A DNA stretch of 64,000 nt from Macrostomum lignano (Eukaryota), in the NCBI GenBank assembly GCA_002269645.1, contig NIVC01000019.1, positions 806,001 through 870,000 of the forward strand. The letters are read 5' to 3'. Below the pieces are notes generated by a model. That model had not been told where the DNA came from, made no database searches, and saw only the letters and a list, made by a program, of their open reading frames with translations. A program made the translations under genes and the position numbers. Below, in pieces: positions 1 through 13,236 of this stretch; the stretch's first letter is position 1, and the number at the start of each line of letters is the position of its first letter.

Positions 1-140
1 AAATTTCCATGTAAATTCCTGCGACTGGCTGCTCACGCAATCAGATATCTGTGTTAGATATTTGCTATTTTGAATTTTCATCTATAGTTTAACCTGACTG
101 ATGAAACTGGCTTTTCTATCAACTGTAATTACTCTTCTGA

Positions 141-1158
141 CCAGCCCCCACCATCCAGTCCCAATGTACACTGGCTCTCAACCAGCCCCCCACCATCCAG
201 TCCCAATGTACACTGGCTCTCAACCAGCCCCCCACCATCCAGTCCCAATGTACACTGGCTCTCAACCAGCCCCCCACCATCCAGTCCCAATGTACACTGG
301 CTCTCAACCAGCCCCCCACCATCCAGTCCCAATGTACACTGGCTCTCAACCAGCCCCCACCATCCAGTCCCAATGTACACTGGCTCTCAACCAGCCCCCA
401 CCATCCAGTCCCAATGTACACTGGCTCTCAACCAGCCCCCACCATCCAGTCCCAATGTACACTGGCTCTCAACCAGCCCCCCACCATCCAGTCCCAATGT
501 ACACTGGCTCTCAACCAGCCCCCACCATCCAGTCCCAATGTACACTGGCTCTCAACCAGCCCCCACCATCCAGTCCCAATGTACACCGGCTCTCAACCAG
601 CCCCCCACCATCCAGTCCCAATGTACACTGGCTCTCAACCAGCCCCCACCATCCAGTCCCAATGTACACTGGCTCTCAACCAGCCCCCCACCATCCAGTC
701 CCAATGTACACCGGCTCTCAACCAGCCCCCCCACCATCCAGTCCCAATGTACACTGGCTCTCAACCAGCCCCCCCCCACCATCCAGTCCCAATGTACACC
801 GGCTCTCAACCAGCCCCCCACCATCCAGTCCCAATGTACACTGGCTCTCAACCAGCCCCCCACCATCCAGTCCCAATGTACACCGGCTCTCAACCAGCCC
901 CCCCACCATCCAGTCCCAATGTACACTGGCTCTCAACCAGCCCCCCCCCACCATCCAGTCCCAATGTACACCGGCTCTCAACCAGCCCCCCACCATCCAG
1001 TCCCAATGTACACTGGCTCTCAACCAGCCCCAACCATCCAGTCCCAATGTACACCGGCTCTCAACCAGCCCCCCACCATCCAGTCCCAATGTACACTGGC
1101 TCTCAACCAGCCCCTACCATCCAGTCCCAATGTACACCGGCTCTCAACCAGCCCCCAC
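141..1158. repeat. Minisatellite, ~42-bp unit (variable poly-C), ~24 copies
   Basis: Unit CCACCATCCAGTCCCAATGTACACTGGCTCTCAACCAGCCCC; accounts for all ORFs called at 101-1177. Confidence 0.97.
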
Positions 1159-1751
1159 TCTGATGTACGCTAATTGAAAGCGCTTTTCAATCAGCCTTCA
1201 ATATATCAGGTTAAAACAAGTTTAACAGCTGAATTCTGTATAAAAAGGTATGAATTTCAAAGTTTTTAAACTTGTCCTCACTGCAGGGTTATAGTTGCTC
1301 AATCGGTCGTTAAAGAACTCATTTAACCTTAAATTACTTTTTTTTAATTAAAACGAACTCTAATTAGTGTATTACTTCCGACAGTTGTATGTGCATTCGT
1401 TTGTAACAATTGAAACAGCTGTTTACGGTGTTGAACAACCTGAAGCTGTTTTATTTATAAACAAATCACTTCTCTGATTTTATTGAAGCATTGCACTACT
1501 AGCAGTAGCAGGCGCTTGATAATTCGATGAAGCTACGGCCTTCTTTTGTTACTGTGATTTTTTTGAGCGATAAAAATGTTTAAAAACTGTTTACTGTCTA
1601 AATATACACAATTTTATGACTAAATTCCGTGGTTTTACGTTCCTCACCCAGTTGCGCGAGGGTAAATTACTTGTTTTTCTACTAATTATGGCTACTGTGT
1701 CTTTATCTGTGCTTCATTTTCACTCAGTTTTCTCAATTCTGACTGGATACT

Positions 1752-2440
1752 GCCATTGATGAGGTAGCGCCATTCCTGATGAGGTAGCGCCATTCCTGAT
1801 GGGGTAGCGCCATTCCTGATGAGGTAGCGCCATTCCTGATGGGGTAGCGCCATTCCTCATGAGGTAGCGCCATTTCAGATTATTTAGAGCCATTCCTAAT
1901 GAACGTAGCGCCATTCCTGATGTGGTAGCGCCATTTTTTATGAGGTAGTGCCATTCCTATAGGGTAGCGCCATTTCTGATGGGGTAGCGCCATTCCTGAT
2001 GAGGTAGCGCCATTTCAGATTATTTAAAGCCATTCCTAATGAACGTAGCGCCATTCCTGATGTGGTAGCGCCATTTTTTATGAGGTAGTGCCATTCCTAT
2101 AGGGTAGCGCCATTCCTCAAGTAGGTAGCGCCATTCCTGATGGGGTAGCGCCATTCCTGATGAGGTAGCGCCATTCCTGATCGGGTAGCGCCATTCCTCA
2201 TGAGGTAGCGCCATTTCAGATTATTTAGAGCCATTCCTAATGAACGTAGCGCCATTCCTGATGTGGTAGCGCCATTTTTTTATGAGGTAGCGCCATTCCT
2301 CAAGTAGGTAGCGCCATTCCTGATGGGGTAGCGCCATTCCTCATGAGGTAGCGCCATTCCTGATCGGGTAGCGCCATTCCTCATGAGGTAGCGCCATTCC
2401 TGATCGGGTAGCGCCATTCCTCATGAGGTAGCGCCATTCC
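1752..2440. repeat. Minisatellite, 20-bp unit, with higher-order blocks
   Basis: Unit GATGAGGTAGCGCCATTCCT; a variant block (TTTCAGATTATTTAGAGCC...GAACGTAGCG) recurs near 1872, 2012 and 2214. Confidence 0.96.
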
Positions 2441-3119
2441 AATTCAGTATTTCTCGTAGCCGGTTATATTTTTAGTTTCAAGCTACAAAACAGTTCAGCA
2501 CTATCGACATCTACCCACGCATTTCTATGCTCCAATACATGCAGTTCCTGGTCTTACATAGGTCTCTAGAAAGCATCTTTGCTCTTTAGAAGACTCCCTG
2601 ATCCTCTCACGCACAGTCCCTGCCCTGAGGGCTCGCTGCCTCAAAATGCGCAAGCAGGGGGCGGATCAAGTTTTGGATTTTCCCGCTCTCGCCTCAGCTT
2701 TCGAAGCTTTCTGCATGTCTTTGCCTTCCGTGTCTCGGAGTTGCCATCGCTTCTCTTCATCTGCGCGTCTGTCTTTTCTTTCTATATGCCTTTTCAGGGT
2801 CAATTTCAATTAGGTCCCGGACTGCAACTGTAGATGCTGTTTATAGGGAGCTTGTTTGACTCTTTTTAACCCGGATTGACCCAGCTTGCTTCAGCAGCGG
2901 TGTGGTCGACCAACCATTCGCCATTGACATTGGATAGCCTTTGACAGGTGACAGGTGACAGCACTACAGCTGGTACTACTGTAAATTTTTACGAATTCGA
3001 AACAGCAACTGGGATTAAATAGGAGGCTTGCATCTACTTAAATTAATATTCGAAAGGATTTCTGAAATCGATCGCATACATGCCTAGATAGATACTGACG
3101 AACTCTTTAGTAGGATTAG

Positions 3120-4370
3120 AGCAACTGGGATTAAATAACAGAAGGATTACAGCAACTGGGATTAAATAACAGAATGATTACAGCAACTGGGATTAAATAA
3201 CAGAAGGATTACAGCAACTGGGATTAAATAACAGAAGGATTACAGCAACTGGGATTAAATAACAGAAGGATTAGAGCAACTGGGATTAAATAACAGAAGG
3301 ATTACAGCAACTGGGATTAAATAACAGAATGATTACAGCAACTGGGATTAAATAACAGAAGGATTAGAGCAACTGGGATTAAATAAAAGAAGGATTAGAG
3401 CAACTGGGATTAAATAACAGAAGGATTACAGCAACTGGGATTAAATAACAGAAGCATTACAGCAACTGGGATTAAATAACAGAAGGATTACAGCAACTGG
3501 GATTGAATAACAGAAGGATTACAGCAACTGGGATTAAATAACAGAAGGATTACAGCAACTGGGATTAAATAACAGAAGGATTACAGTTACTGGGATTAAA
3601 TAACAGAAGGATTACAGCAACTGGGATTAAATAACAGAAGGATTACAGCAACTGGGATTAAATAACAGAAGGATTACAGCAACTGGGATTAAATAACAGA
3701 AGGATTACAGCAACTGGGATTAAATAACAGAAGGATTACAGCAACTGGGATTAAATAACAGAAGGATTACAGCAACTGGGATTAAATAACTGGGATTACA
3801 GCAACTGGGATTAAATAACAGAAGGATTACAGCAACTGGGATTAAATAACAGAAGGATTACAGCAACTGGGATTAAATAACAGAAGGATTACAGCAACTG
3901 GAATTAAATAACAGAAGGATTACAGCAACTGGGATTAAATAACTGGGATTACAGCAACTGGGATTAAATAACAGAAGGATTACAGCAACTGGGATTAAAT
4001 AACAGAAGGATTACAGCAACTGGGATTAAATAACAGAAGGATTACAGCAACTGGAATTAAATAACAGAAGGATTACAGCAACTGGGATTAAATAACTGGG
4101 ATTACAGCAACTGGGATTAAATAACAGAAGGATTACAGTTACTGGGATTAAATAACAGAAGGATTACAGTTACTGGGATTAAATAACAGAAGGATTACAG
4201 CAACATCGATTGAAGAAACTGTGGTTGAAGCAACTGGGATTAAAGCAACAGGAATTAAAGCAACCGAGATTAAACCAACTGGGATTAAAACAACAAGGAT
4301 TAAAGCAACTGAGGTTAAAGCAACTGAGATTAAAGAAACAGGGATTAAAGCAACCGGGATTAAAGCTGCA
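3120..4370. repeat. Minisatellite, 31-bp unit, grading into a degenerate 15-bp array
   Basis: Unit CAGCAACTGGGATTAAATAACAGAAGGATTA at 3120-4200; GCAACTGGGATTAAA-like 15-mers at 4228-4370. Confidence 0.96.
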
Positions 4371-4557
4371 GGGATCACCATCACTTGGATTCATGCAACT
4401 ACGATCAGAGTATCGCTGTTACTTCTAAACGTGCATGTACCAGTGGGTTGTACATTTACTACCCAAAGCTTCCTCTTTAGCTTTCGCTTTTACAAGCTTC
4501 ATGAAATCTCTGCTAGTTGAAATTCAGACCTCACAGAATTTCTATTGGCAGGCAAGT

Positions 4558-5556
4558 TCAGCGCATCAGATCGAAGAACTGGATGATCTGGGCCTCGGTC
4601 ATTGTGCCATTCGTGATGGCCACCATCTGCACTGTGCCCTCGAGCACTCCAGGGTCGCCAGGCCGAAATCCCATGGACAAGCAGAGGCAAACCGGTACGC
4701 TTGGTGCAGTACGGGAACTGGCCTCAGTCACCTTCTCTGTCGGCAGGATGCCTCTGTTGAAGAATAAGGCTCGGCTACCAGGAAAGGCGGACGTCAGGCC
4801 GACTTCCACAAACGAGTTCGGGTCAAACCAGTTCGTTTCCGGTGCACTTTTGAATTCGTAATAACTCAATGCAGCCCTGAAGCACTGCAGGCCTCTTGTA
4901 GATGGCGTGCCGTCCCAGAAGGAGGTCCCAAATGTGTTGGTGCCGCAGTCGTAGCTTTCTAGCAAAAGTGCTTCCTTCAGCTCCCGCTTGAGCCTGATCA
5001 GCCACGTGAGTCTCTGCGGCAGGTTCTCGAGTTCCACGTTCTCCAGCCACATCTTGGAGGACACTCCGTTGAACTTGGCTCCCTCGCTGCTCCACTCGAT
5101 ATTCTCCGACATCTACTGCTGCGTCTGGCCGCACACCAAGTTGCTCCTGCTGGCGTTTGTACCGCCGCTCAACACCCAGGCGGCCCGCAGATTGGCGTCC
5201 AGCTGCCTGCTCAAAGTGATGAGGCCGGCGGCTTTGGCATTGGCGAACGCGACGCAGCAGGGCTGCGAGCTGTCTGCAGCGCCGAGCCCATCGATGAGGT
5301 GGAACACGGCGGTGTATTGGAAGAGCGAGCACTGGCCAGTGTCCGAGTCGAACTCGGCCACCTGCAGGCCGCTGGCAATCCTGGAGCTTTCCACGTTGCA
5401 TTCGATGTCGCTTCGAGCAGTGGCTGAGTGCACAGCCAGACTCTCGGGCAGGCACTGCCGGCTGATCAGACGGTGCCAGGAGCTGTGGACCAGCTGGGCC
5501 AGGCAGGCCGCTACGAGCAGAAGGGAGACTGGAGTAGCGATGAAGCTGGTTGCCAT
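4558..5556 (-). pseudogene. Secreted PAN/apple-like + LamG/ConA-like domain gene with one internal in-frame TAG (pseudogene, null allele or readthrough)
   Basis: ATG at 5556 gives a signal peptide (MATSFIATPVSLLLVAACLAQLVHS), a PAN-like segment (ARSDIEC...FDSDTGQCSLF), then ...GQTQQ-TAG(5115-5113)-ATG SENIEWSSEGAKFNGVSSKMWL...VQMVAITNGTMTEAQIIQFF, a LamG-like pattern. The two ORFs share one frame and abut exactly. Domain calls are by eye. Confidence 0.6.
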
Positions 5557-5996
5557 GCTGGCTGCTGTGCGATTCTGGATGAGAGAGCTTAGCAAGGAAG
5601 CAGGTGGCAGAAATCCTGAATGCAATAGAGTTTATGCTGCTCCCAGGGCAGGGCGAAATCGCCCCCTAGCAACCAGCTGTCTCAGCCATCAGCTCAGAAT
5701 TCAGCCACCTCAGCGCCACCCATGCTCTGCGTATTCATTGGCATCACAACATTCTGCAACAATTTTACCTGCTCATCTCTCCGCATGCAAACAGTTTGGC
5801 TGATAACTCCGGGTCCGGGGAGGGGGGGGGGGCGCACCAGTGCCAGGAAAAGCAAGAGCAGAAACTTTTTGCGGAAATCTGCGTCCCTGACGTAGGTGGT
5901 AATCTCAATGGCCCTGGGGGTAGTGAGAAAATATTTTATATTGCTTTTATGATGCAGCAAATTTTCGAAACCCGATGAAGGCGACCATGCATTGAC

Positions 5997-6361
<365 letters not shown>

Positions 6362-7333
6362 TCCCCAGCTCCCCTCTGCTTTAGCTGGGCATGTCAGCTA
6401 GCGGCCATAACTGCCGGTGGACTAACTGGTATATTTTTCATACTGAACATGGAGTTCAGCGACTTTCAGAATGCTTTTATTTTAATCCGGTGTTGGTAGA
6501 GTTCAGCCAAATGGTTCACAGTGTATTTTATACCCGTGTGCACTGCTCTGATTTATTGCCTAATATTAAAGAGCCTAATGGTAAAGATGTCCCCCCAGTT
6601 TCCACCCCAGTCATGCCTCTGCCTGTGCACTTTACCGTTTGATTTTTTACGCAGTTCGAAGCCCCCCATCCGTACTTGAGCACGAGTTGGGAGCAGATCT
6701 CAGTATAGCAGCTTGTTTTTGCGTTGTTAATTGCTTTTAGTCTGAGAGCTTCCTTCCCGCTGTGAGGGTTTCTGCTGATAATTTATTCAGTGACCAACGC
6801 AGCCGCTAATTTCTTAGAATTTTGTTATACTTTTTCGGTTGTTAATTAAAATGTACTTTTAACAGTTTAGGCAGGAATGAACTGGAGATTGGGTCAGCTG
6901 CAGCATGCAGCGATTCTGTACTTTAATATCGTGTTGTACTCTTTTACATTGAACAAAACATTTGAATATGCATAATAGCAGGTACTATGGGGAATTCGCT
7001 ATAGCTGGGTGATAATCATGTGTGGAATACTCAGAATTAGGTGAAAAAATATTTATACAGATGAGGTATAGAAGTAAACAGCAAATATCAGCTGAGCTTC
7101 AATACACGGCATGATCTGTGATTTGCTAAGTGAATTCTCGTGTGATTTGCATCCTGGCTATTTTACGTATTCGAGATTTTTACTCATTTTTTGGCTTCAG
7201 TGTTGCCTAATTAAAGGTGTTTATTCTATGGGTTTACTTTCAAATTAGAAATAACACTGTTGTAAAACGCGTTTGTACATGAGATATATGTGATATTAAC
7301 AACATTTTATAAGTTCAATTACACGAAATTCTA

Positions 7334-7849
7334 CAGTCACTCGCTCAGACAATGCAGTCACTCGCTCAGACAATACAGCCACTCGCTCAGACCACAGTCA
7401 CTCGCTCAGACCACAGTCACTCGCTCAGACCACAGTCACTCGCTCAGACCACAGTCACTCGCTCAGACCACAGTCACTCGCTCAAACCACAGTCACTCGC
7501 TCAGACCACAGTCACTCGCTCAGAACACAGTCACTCGCTCAGACCACAGTCACTCGCTCAGACCACAGTCACTCGCTCAGACCACAGTCACTCGCTCAGA
7601 CCACAGGCACTCGCTCAGAACACAGTCACTCGCTCAGACAACACAGTCACTCGCTCAGACCACAGTCACTCGCTCAGAACACAGTCACTCGCTCAGACAA
7701 CACAGTCACTCGCTCAGACCACAGTCACTCGCTCAGAACACAGTCACTCGCTCAGACAACACAGTCACTCGCTCAGACCACAGTCACTCGCTCAGACCAC
7801 AGTCACTCGCTCAGACCACAGTCACTCGCTCAGACCACAGTCACTCGCT
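7334..7849. repeat. Minisatellite, 19-bp unit
   Basis: Unit CAGACCACAGTCACTCGCT; abuts and overlaps the GPCR stop codon. Confidence 0.97.
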
Positions 7850-10800
7850 CCGTCCGCTCCATTGGCTGGCGAAGTCGCTGCCGCTCCGGTACCTCCAGCA
7901 GCTCCGCCGCCACCGCCGCTGCCTGTCGCTTCCGTCTGGCCGCGGACCCGGTCGCCATCGCCGGCTGCTGCAGCAGCTGCTCCGCTTGGTGCCGCCTCTG
8001 CCCGCCGCCGCCACCTCGGCCGCAGCTGAGCAGCTGGCGCAGACCGGCCCGGAATCGCTCCCCGATCACGCAGTAGAGCAGGAAGTTCAGGCAGGAGTTG
8101 ATCAGCACCAAGAAGTTCGTAGCCGCGATGGTCAGCTGCATTGCGTTCCTCTCGCCGTAGCGCGACTTTCCTAGAACGTCCAGAGCGGTCAGAGTGACAT
8201 TGGGCAGCATGAGCAGGTAGTAGCACAGCACAATGGCCAGTGACACGTAGGTCAGCTGCGCCTCCTTCTCGTAACGGCGCCCGACGCTGCGTCGCCAGGC
8301 TTTGACGCTGCGTCTGAGCGATGCCGCGATGCGAAGGTTCATCACCGTGATGGCCGAGACCGGAACTACGAAGTAGAACACCGTGTACATCACGCCGTTG
8401 TAGGCGATCTCGTACAGGCTGGCGCTGGCGGCGGCGTCCGACGTTTCGTTGCTGGTCTGGTGATCGGCGCCGGTCGAGCCCTCAGCCCCGGTGACCAGCC
8501 AGGGCGCCGGCTCGTAGGTGTACTTTAGCGGGGCGCAGTCTGGGCTGGCCTGCGGGGGCGGCGGCGGGACTGACTTGTCGTGACCCCCCGAATGACTTGG
8601 TGTGACCCCCCGGCTGACTTGGTGTGACCCCCTCGACTGACTTGGTGTGACCCCCCGATTGACTTGGTGTGACCCCCTCGACTGACTTGTTGTGACCCCC
8701 GACTGACTTGGTGTGACCCCCCGGCTGACTTGGTGTGACCCCCTGGCTGACTTGGTTTGACCCCCTCGACTGACTTGGTGTGACCCCCTCGACTGACTTG
8801 TTGTGACCCCCGATTGACTTGGTGTGACGCCCCCGGCTGACTTGGTGTGACCCCCTCGACTGACTTGGTGTGACCCCCGTGTGACTTGGTTTGACCCCCA
8901 CTGATCTAGTCACCTAGTGAGACACCCCACCTCCGACTAACCTGGTGTGACTCCTTGATATGGTTTGACCCCCCGACTGACTTGGTGTGACCCTCCGACT
9001 CACTTGGTGTGACCCCCCTACTGACTTGGTGTGACCCCCGTGTGACTTGGTTTGACCCCCACTGATCTAGTCACCTAGTGAGACACCCCACCTCCGACTA
9101 ACCTGGTGTGACTCCTTGATATGGTTTGACCCCCCGACTGACTTGGTGTGACCTTCCGACTCACTTGGTGTGACCCCCCTACTGACTTGGTGTGATCCCC
9201 CGACTGACTTGGTGTGACCCCCCGACTGACTTGGGGTGAACCCCTGACTCACTTGGCGTGACCCCCCTCGACTGACTTGGTGTGACCCCTGATGAACCTG
9301 GTGTGACCCACTGACCGATCTGGTGTGACCCAGCTCTTGTATGAGCGCCCCTGATAAACCAGTGAACGACCCTGACTAACTGGCGATGACCCTCATCGAT
9401 AGGCCAGAACGCCGCCCACCTGAAAGCAGCCGAACAGCTCAATGGACCGATTGATGAGCAGCTCCTGCCGCTCCGGACTGGGCTGCTCGCTGCCCACCGG
9501 CCGGGCCACCACCACCTGTTCGAAGTATTTTGGCGCGTTGTAGACTGCGCTGAACACAACTACCAGCAGCAGGTTTCGAACCACGGTCCGTCCGGACGGC
9601 GGCTCGTCCAGGGCGGCTGTCAGCGGCCGGCAGACGGCGCAGTAGCGCTCGAACGACACCAGCAGAGTGATGTAGATTGACGCCAGCTGCATCGTGTAGC
9701 AGATTGGCATCACATACTTCACAGTGTAGCCCCTGGTCAGGTACAGGTGGTACAGCGGCTGGCTGGCCACCTGCAGTGCGGTTCATTGAGGTCGGACTTT
9801 CGGCTTGATTCAGGGTTGATTCAGGATTGATTCAGGATTGATTCAGGATTGATTCAGGATTGATTTAGGATTGATTCAGGATTGATTCAGGATTGATTCA
9901 GGATTGATTCAGGATTGATTCAGGATTGATTCAGGGATTGATGCAGGATTGATTCAGGATTGATTCAGGGATTGATGCAGGATTGATTCAGGATTGATTC
10001 AGGGTTGATTCAGGATAGATTCAGGATTGATTCAGGATTGATTCAGGATTGATTCAGGATTGATTCAGGATTGATTTAGGATTGATTCAGGGATTGATGC
10101 AGGATTGATTCAGGATTGATTCAGGATTGATTCAATATTGATTCAGGATTGATTCAGGGATTGATTCAAGATAGATTCAAGATTGATTCAGGATTGATTC
10201 AGGATTGATTCAGGATTGATTCAGGATTGATTCAGGATTGATTCAGGATTGATTCAATATTGATTCAGAGTTGATTCAGGATTGATTAAATATTGATTCA
10301 GGATTAATTCAGGATTGATTCAGGATTGATTCAATATTGATTCAGGATTGATTCAGGATTGATTCAGGATTGATTCAATATTGATTCAGTGTTGATTCAG
10401 GATTGATTCAATATTGATTCAGGATTAATTCAGGATTGATTCAGGATTGATTCAATATTGATTCAGGATTGATTCAGGATTGATTCAGGATTGATTCAGG
10501 GTTGATTCAGGATTGATTCAGGGTTGGTTCAGGGTTGCTTCAGGGTTGGTTCAGGGTTGATTTAGGCTTGATTTAGGGTTCATTCAGGGTTCATGTTAGG
10601 GTCGCTGCAGCTATATATGGAGTCTACTCAAAAGTGGGTATGCAAAGGAAGTCGGTTGGTTTACTACATAAAGCGCCATGTGATAAAGTTCACAGCGCAC
10701 CTGATGGTACTCATAGAACACGCCAAGTACGTTGACCAGAAAGTTCCCTAGAATGAAGACGGCGTCGACGATGCACAGGGCGGATAGGATGGTGAACAGG

Positions 10801-11000
10801 GGGCACCGGCGCCTCTTGTTGGCCCGCTGCAGCACCACTAGGGACAGCAGGTTGCCGATGATGCCGAAGATTGACAGGCAGCCGGTGAGGTAGAAGGCCA
10901 TCACGCTGGTTGCCAGGTGCATCCGGTGGTGCTGCATTGAATCCACCGTCACTGGTGGTAGCAAAGTTCCGGCAGAAATTGTGGCGGGGGAATTCGACAT
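7830..11000 (-). CDS. Rhodopsin-family neuropeptide GPCR (FMRFamide/myosuppressin/sex-peptide-receptor-like), 3 coding exons, ~456 aa
   Basis: Exons 11000-10701, 9770-9420 and 8549-7830, both introns phase-0 GT-AG (CAG|GTGCGC..CTGCAG|GTG; CAG|GTGGGC..CCGCAG|GCC). Motifs: TM1 GIIGNLLSLVVL, TM2 LCIVD, TM3 SFERYCAVCRP, TM4 YNAPKYFE, TM5 FVVPVSAITVMN, TM6 YLLMLPN, TM7 NSCLNFLLY plus helix-8 ERFR. The ATG is preceded by CTCAG, so an upstream exon is possible. Confidence 0.92.
8568..9330. repeat. Minisatellite, 22-23-bp unit, in GPCR intron 2
   Basis: Unit GACTGACTTGGTGTGACCCCCC; contains a 161-bp higher-order duplication (8881/9042). Confidence 0.94.
9803..10585. repeat. Minisatellite, 11-bp unit, in GPCR intron 1
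   Basis: Unit GATTCAGGATT, with GATTCAATATT variants. Confidence 0.97.
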
Positions 11001-11074
11001 CTGAGTGTTGATGAGTTCATCGACTTTGAAGGGAATTTTGATCTGATGTATTGTTTTTATAGTGAAACGATTCA

Positions 11075-12805
11075 AGAGGCGGATTCAAGGACACTGTTGG
11101 AGCGGAGAGGCGGATTCAAGGACACTGTTGGAGCGGAAAGGCGGATTCAAGGACACTGAGGAAGCTTGGAGAGGCGGATTCAAGGACACTGTTGGAGCGG
11201 AGAGGCGGATTCAAGGACACTGAGGGAGCGGAGAGGCGGGTTCAAGGACACTGAGGGAGCGGAGAGGCGGGTTCAAGGACACTGAGGGAGCGGAGAGGCG
11301 GATTCAAGGACACTGAGGGCGCTTGGAGAGGCGGATTCAAGGACACTGTTGGAGCGGAGAGGCGGATTCAAGGACACTGAGGGCGCTTGGAGAGGCGGAT
11401 TCAAGGACACTGAGGGCGCTTGGAGAGGCGGGTTCAAGGACACTGTTGGAGCGGAGAGGCGGATTCAAGGACACTGAGGGCGCTTGGAGAGGCGGGTTCA
11501 AGGACACTGTTGGAGCGGAGAGGCGGATTCAAGGACACTGAGGGCGCTTGGAGAGGCGGATTCAAGGACACTGAGGGCGCTTGGAGAGGCGGATTCAAGG
11601 ACACTGAGGGAGCGGAGAGGCGGATTCAAGGATACTGAGGGAGCGGAGAGGCGGATTCAAGGACACTGAGGGAGCGGAGACGCGGGTTCAAGGACACTGA
11701 GGGAGCGGAGAGGCGGGTTCAAGGACACTGTTGGAGCGGAGAGGCGGGTTCAAGGACACTGTTGGAGCGGAGAGGCGGATTCAAGGACACTGAGGGCGCT
11801 TGGAGAGGCGGATTCAAGGACACTGAGGGCGCTTGGAGAGACGGATTCAAGGACACTGAGGGCGCTTGGAGAGGCGGATTCAAGGACACTGTTGGAGCGG
11901 AGAGGCGGATTCAAGGACACTGTTGGAGCGGAGAGGCGGATTCAAGGACACTGAGGGAGCGGAGAGGCGGGTTCAAGGACACTGAGGGCGCTTGGAGAGG
12001 CGGATTCAAGGACACTGAGGGCGCTTGGAGAGGCGGATTCAAGGACACTGAGGGAGCGGAGAGGCGGATTCAAGGACACTGAGGGAGCGGAGAGGCGGAT
12101 TCAAGGACACTGAGGGAGCGGAGAACCGGATTCAAGGACACTGAATGAGCGGAGAGCCGGATTCAAGGACACTGAGGGAGCTTGGAGAGGCGGATTCAAG
12201 GACACTGAGGGAGCGGAAAGGCGGATTCAAGGACACTGAGGGAGCGGAGAGGCGGATTCAAGGACACTGAGGGAGCGGAGAGGCGGATTCAAGGACACTG
12301 AGGGAGCGGAGAGGCGGATTCAAGGACACTGAGGGAGCGGAGAGGCAGATTCAAGGACACTGAGGGAGCGGAGAGCCCGATTCCAGGACACTGAGGGAGC
12401 GGAGAGGCGGATTCAAGGACACTGAGGGAGCGGAGAGGCGGATTCAAGGACACTGAGGGAGCGGAGAGGCGGATTCAAGGACACTGTTGGAGCGGAGAGG
12501 CGGATTCAAGGACATTGAGGGAGCTTGGAGAGGCGGATTAAAGGACACTGAGGGAGCGGAGAGGCGGATTCAAGGACACTGTTGGAGCGGAGAGGCGGAT
12601 TCAAGGACACTGAGGGAGCGGAGAGGCGGATTCCAGGACACTGAGGGAGCGGAGAGCCCGATTCCAGGACACTGAGGGAGCGGAGAACCCGATTCCAGGA
12701 CACTGAGGGAGCGGAGAGCCCGATTCCAGGACACTGAGGGAGCGGAGAGGCGGATTCAAGGACACTGAGGGAGCGGAGAGGCGGATTCAAGGACACTGAG
12801 GGAGC
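11075..12805 (+). repeat. Minisatellite, 31-bp unit (left arm of an inverted pair)
   Basis: Unit GGAGAGGCGGATTCAAGGACACTGAGGGAGC. Confidence 0.97.
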
Positions 12806-13236
12806 GAGACTCACTTTTTGAATCGCAGAGGTTGCTAATAAATTTTGAAGTGTTCAATCTTGCAAAACTCGAATCCGAGAGCTTTGAGAGCTCAGCAGAG
12901 ACCTCACTCGATCTGTTTGAGAACTGTGATTGACGCCTAGAAGCTGCTGCATGCGGCTTTTGTTAGCAGGGCATGGGGGCTGCTGAGAAGCGGACTTATT
13001 AGCTGCCCAATGGGAGGGCTCTGAGAGACGCAGGAGACGGAGTGAGAAGCACATTCATTCTCCGAAGGTTCAGCCGTCACTCAACGCCCTTGCTATTTGT
13101 TTTCATTTTAACATAAACTCATAACCATTTGTCAGCAACTGTCAGTCTTGTACTTGCCTGTGAAAAGGTTTTACAACCTCTGTCATTCGAATCCCAAGGA
13201 GAGCTTCCGATGGCTGAGCTATCAATCTGCCTCTTC

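Noticed and set aside
101-1177. Long Pro-rich ORFs in all frames
   Set aside because: Translation of a 42-bp minisatellite; frames switch with poly-C length; no splice context.
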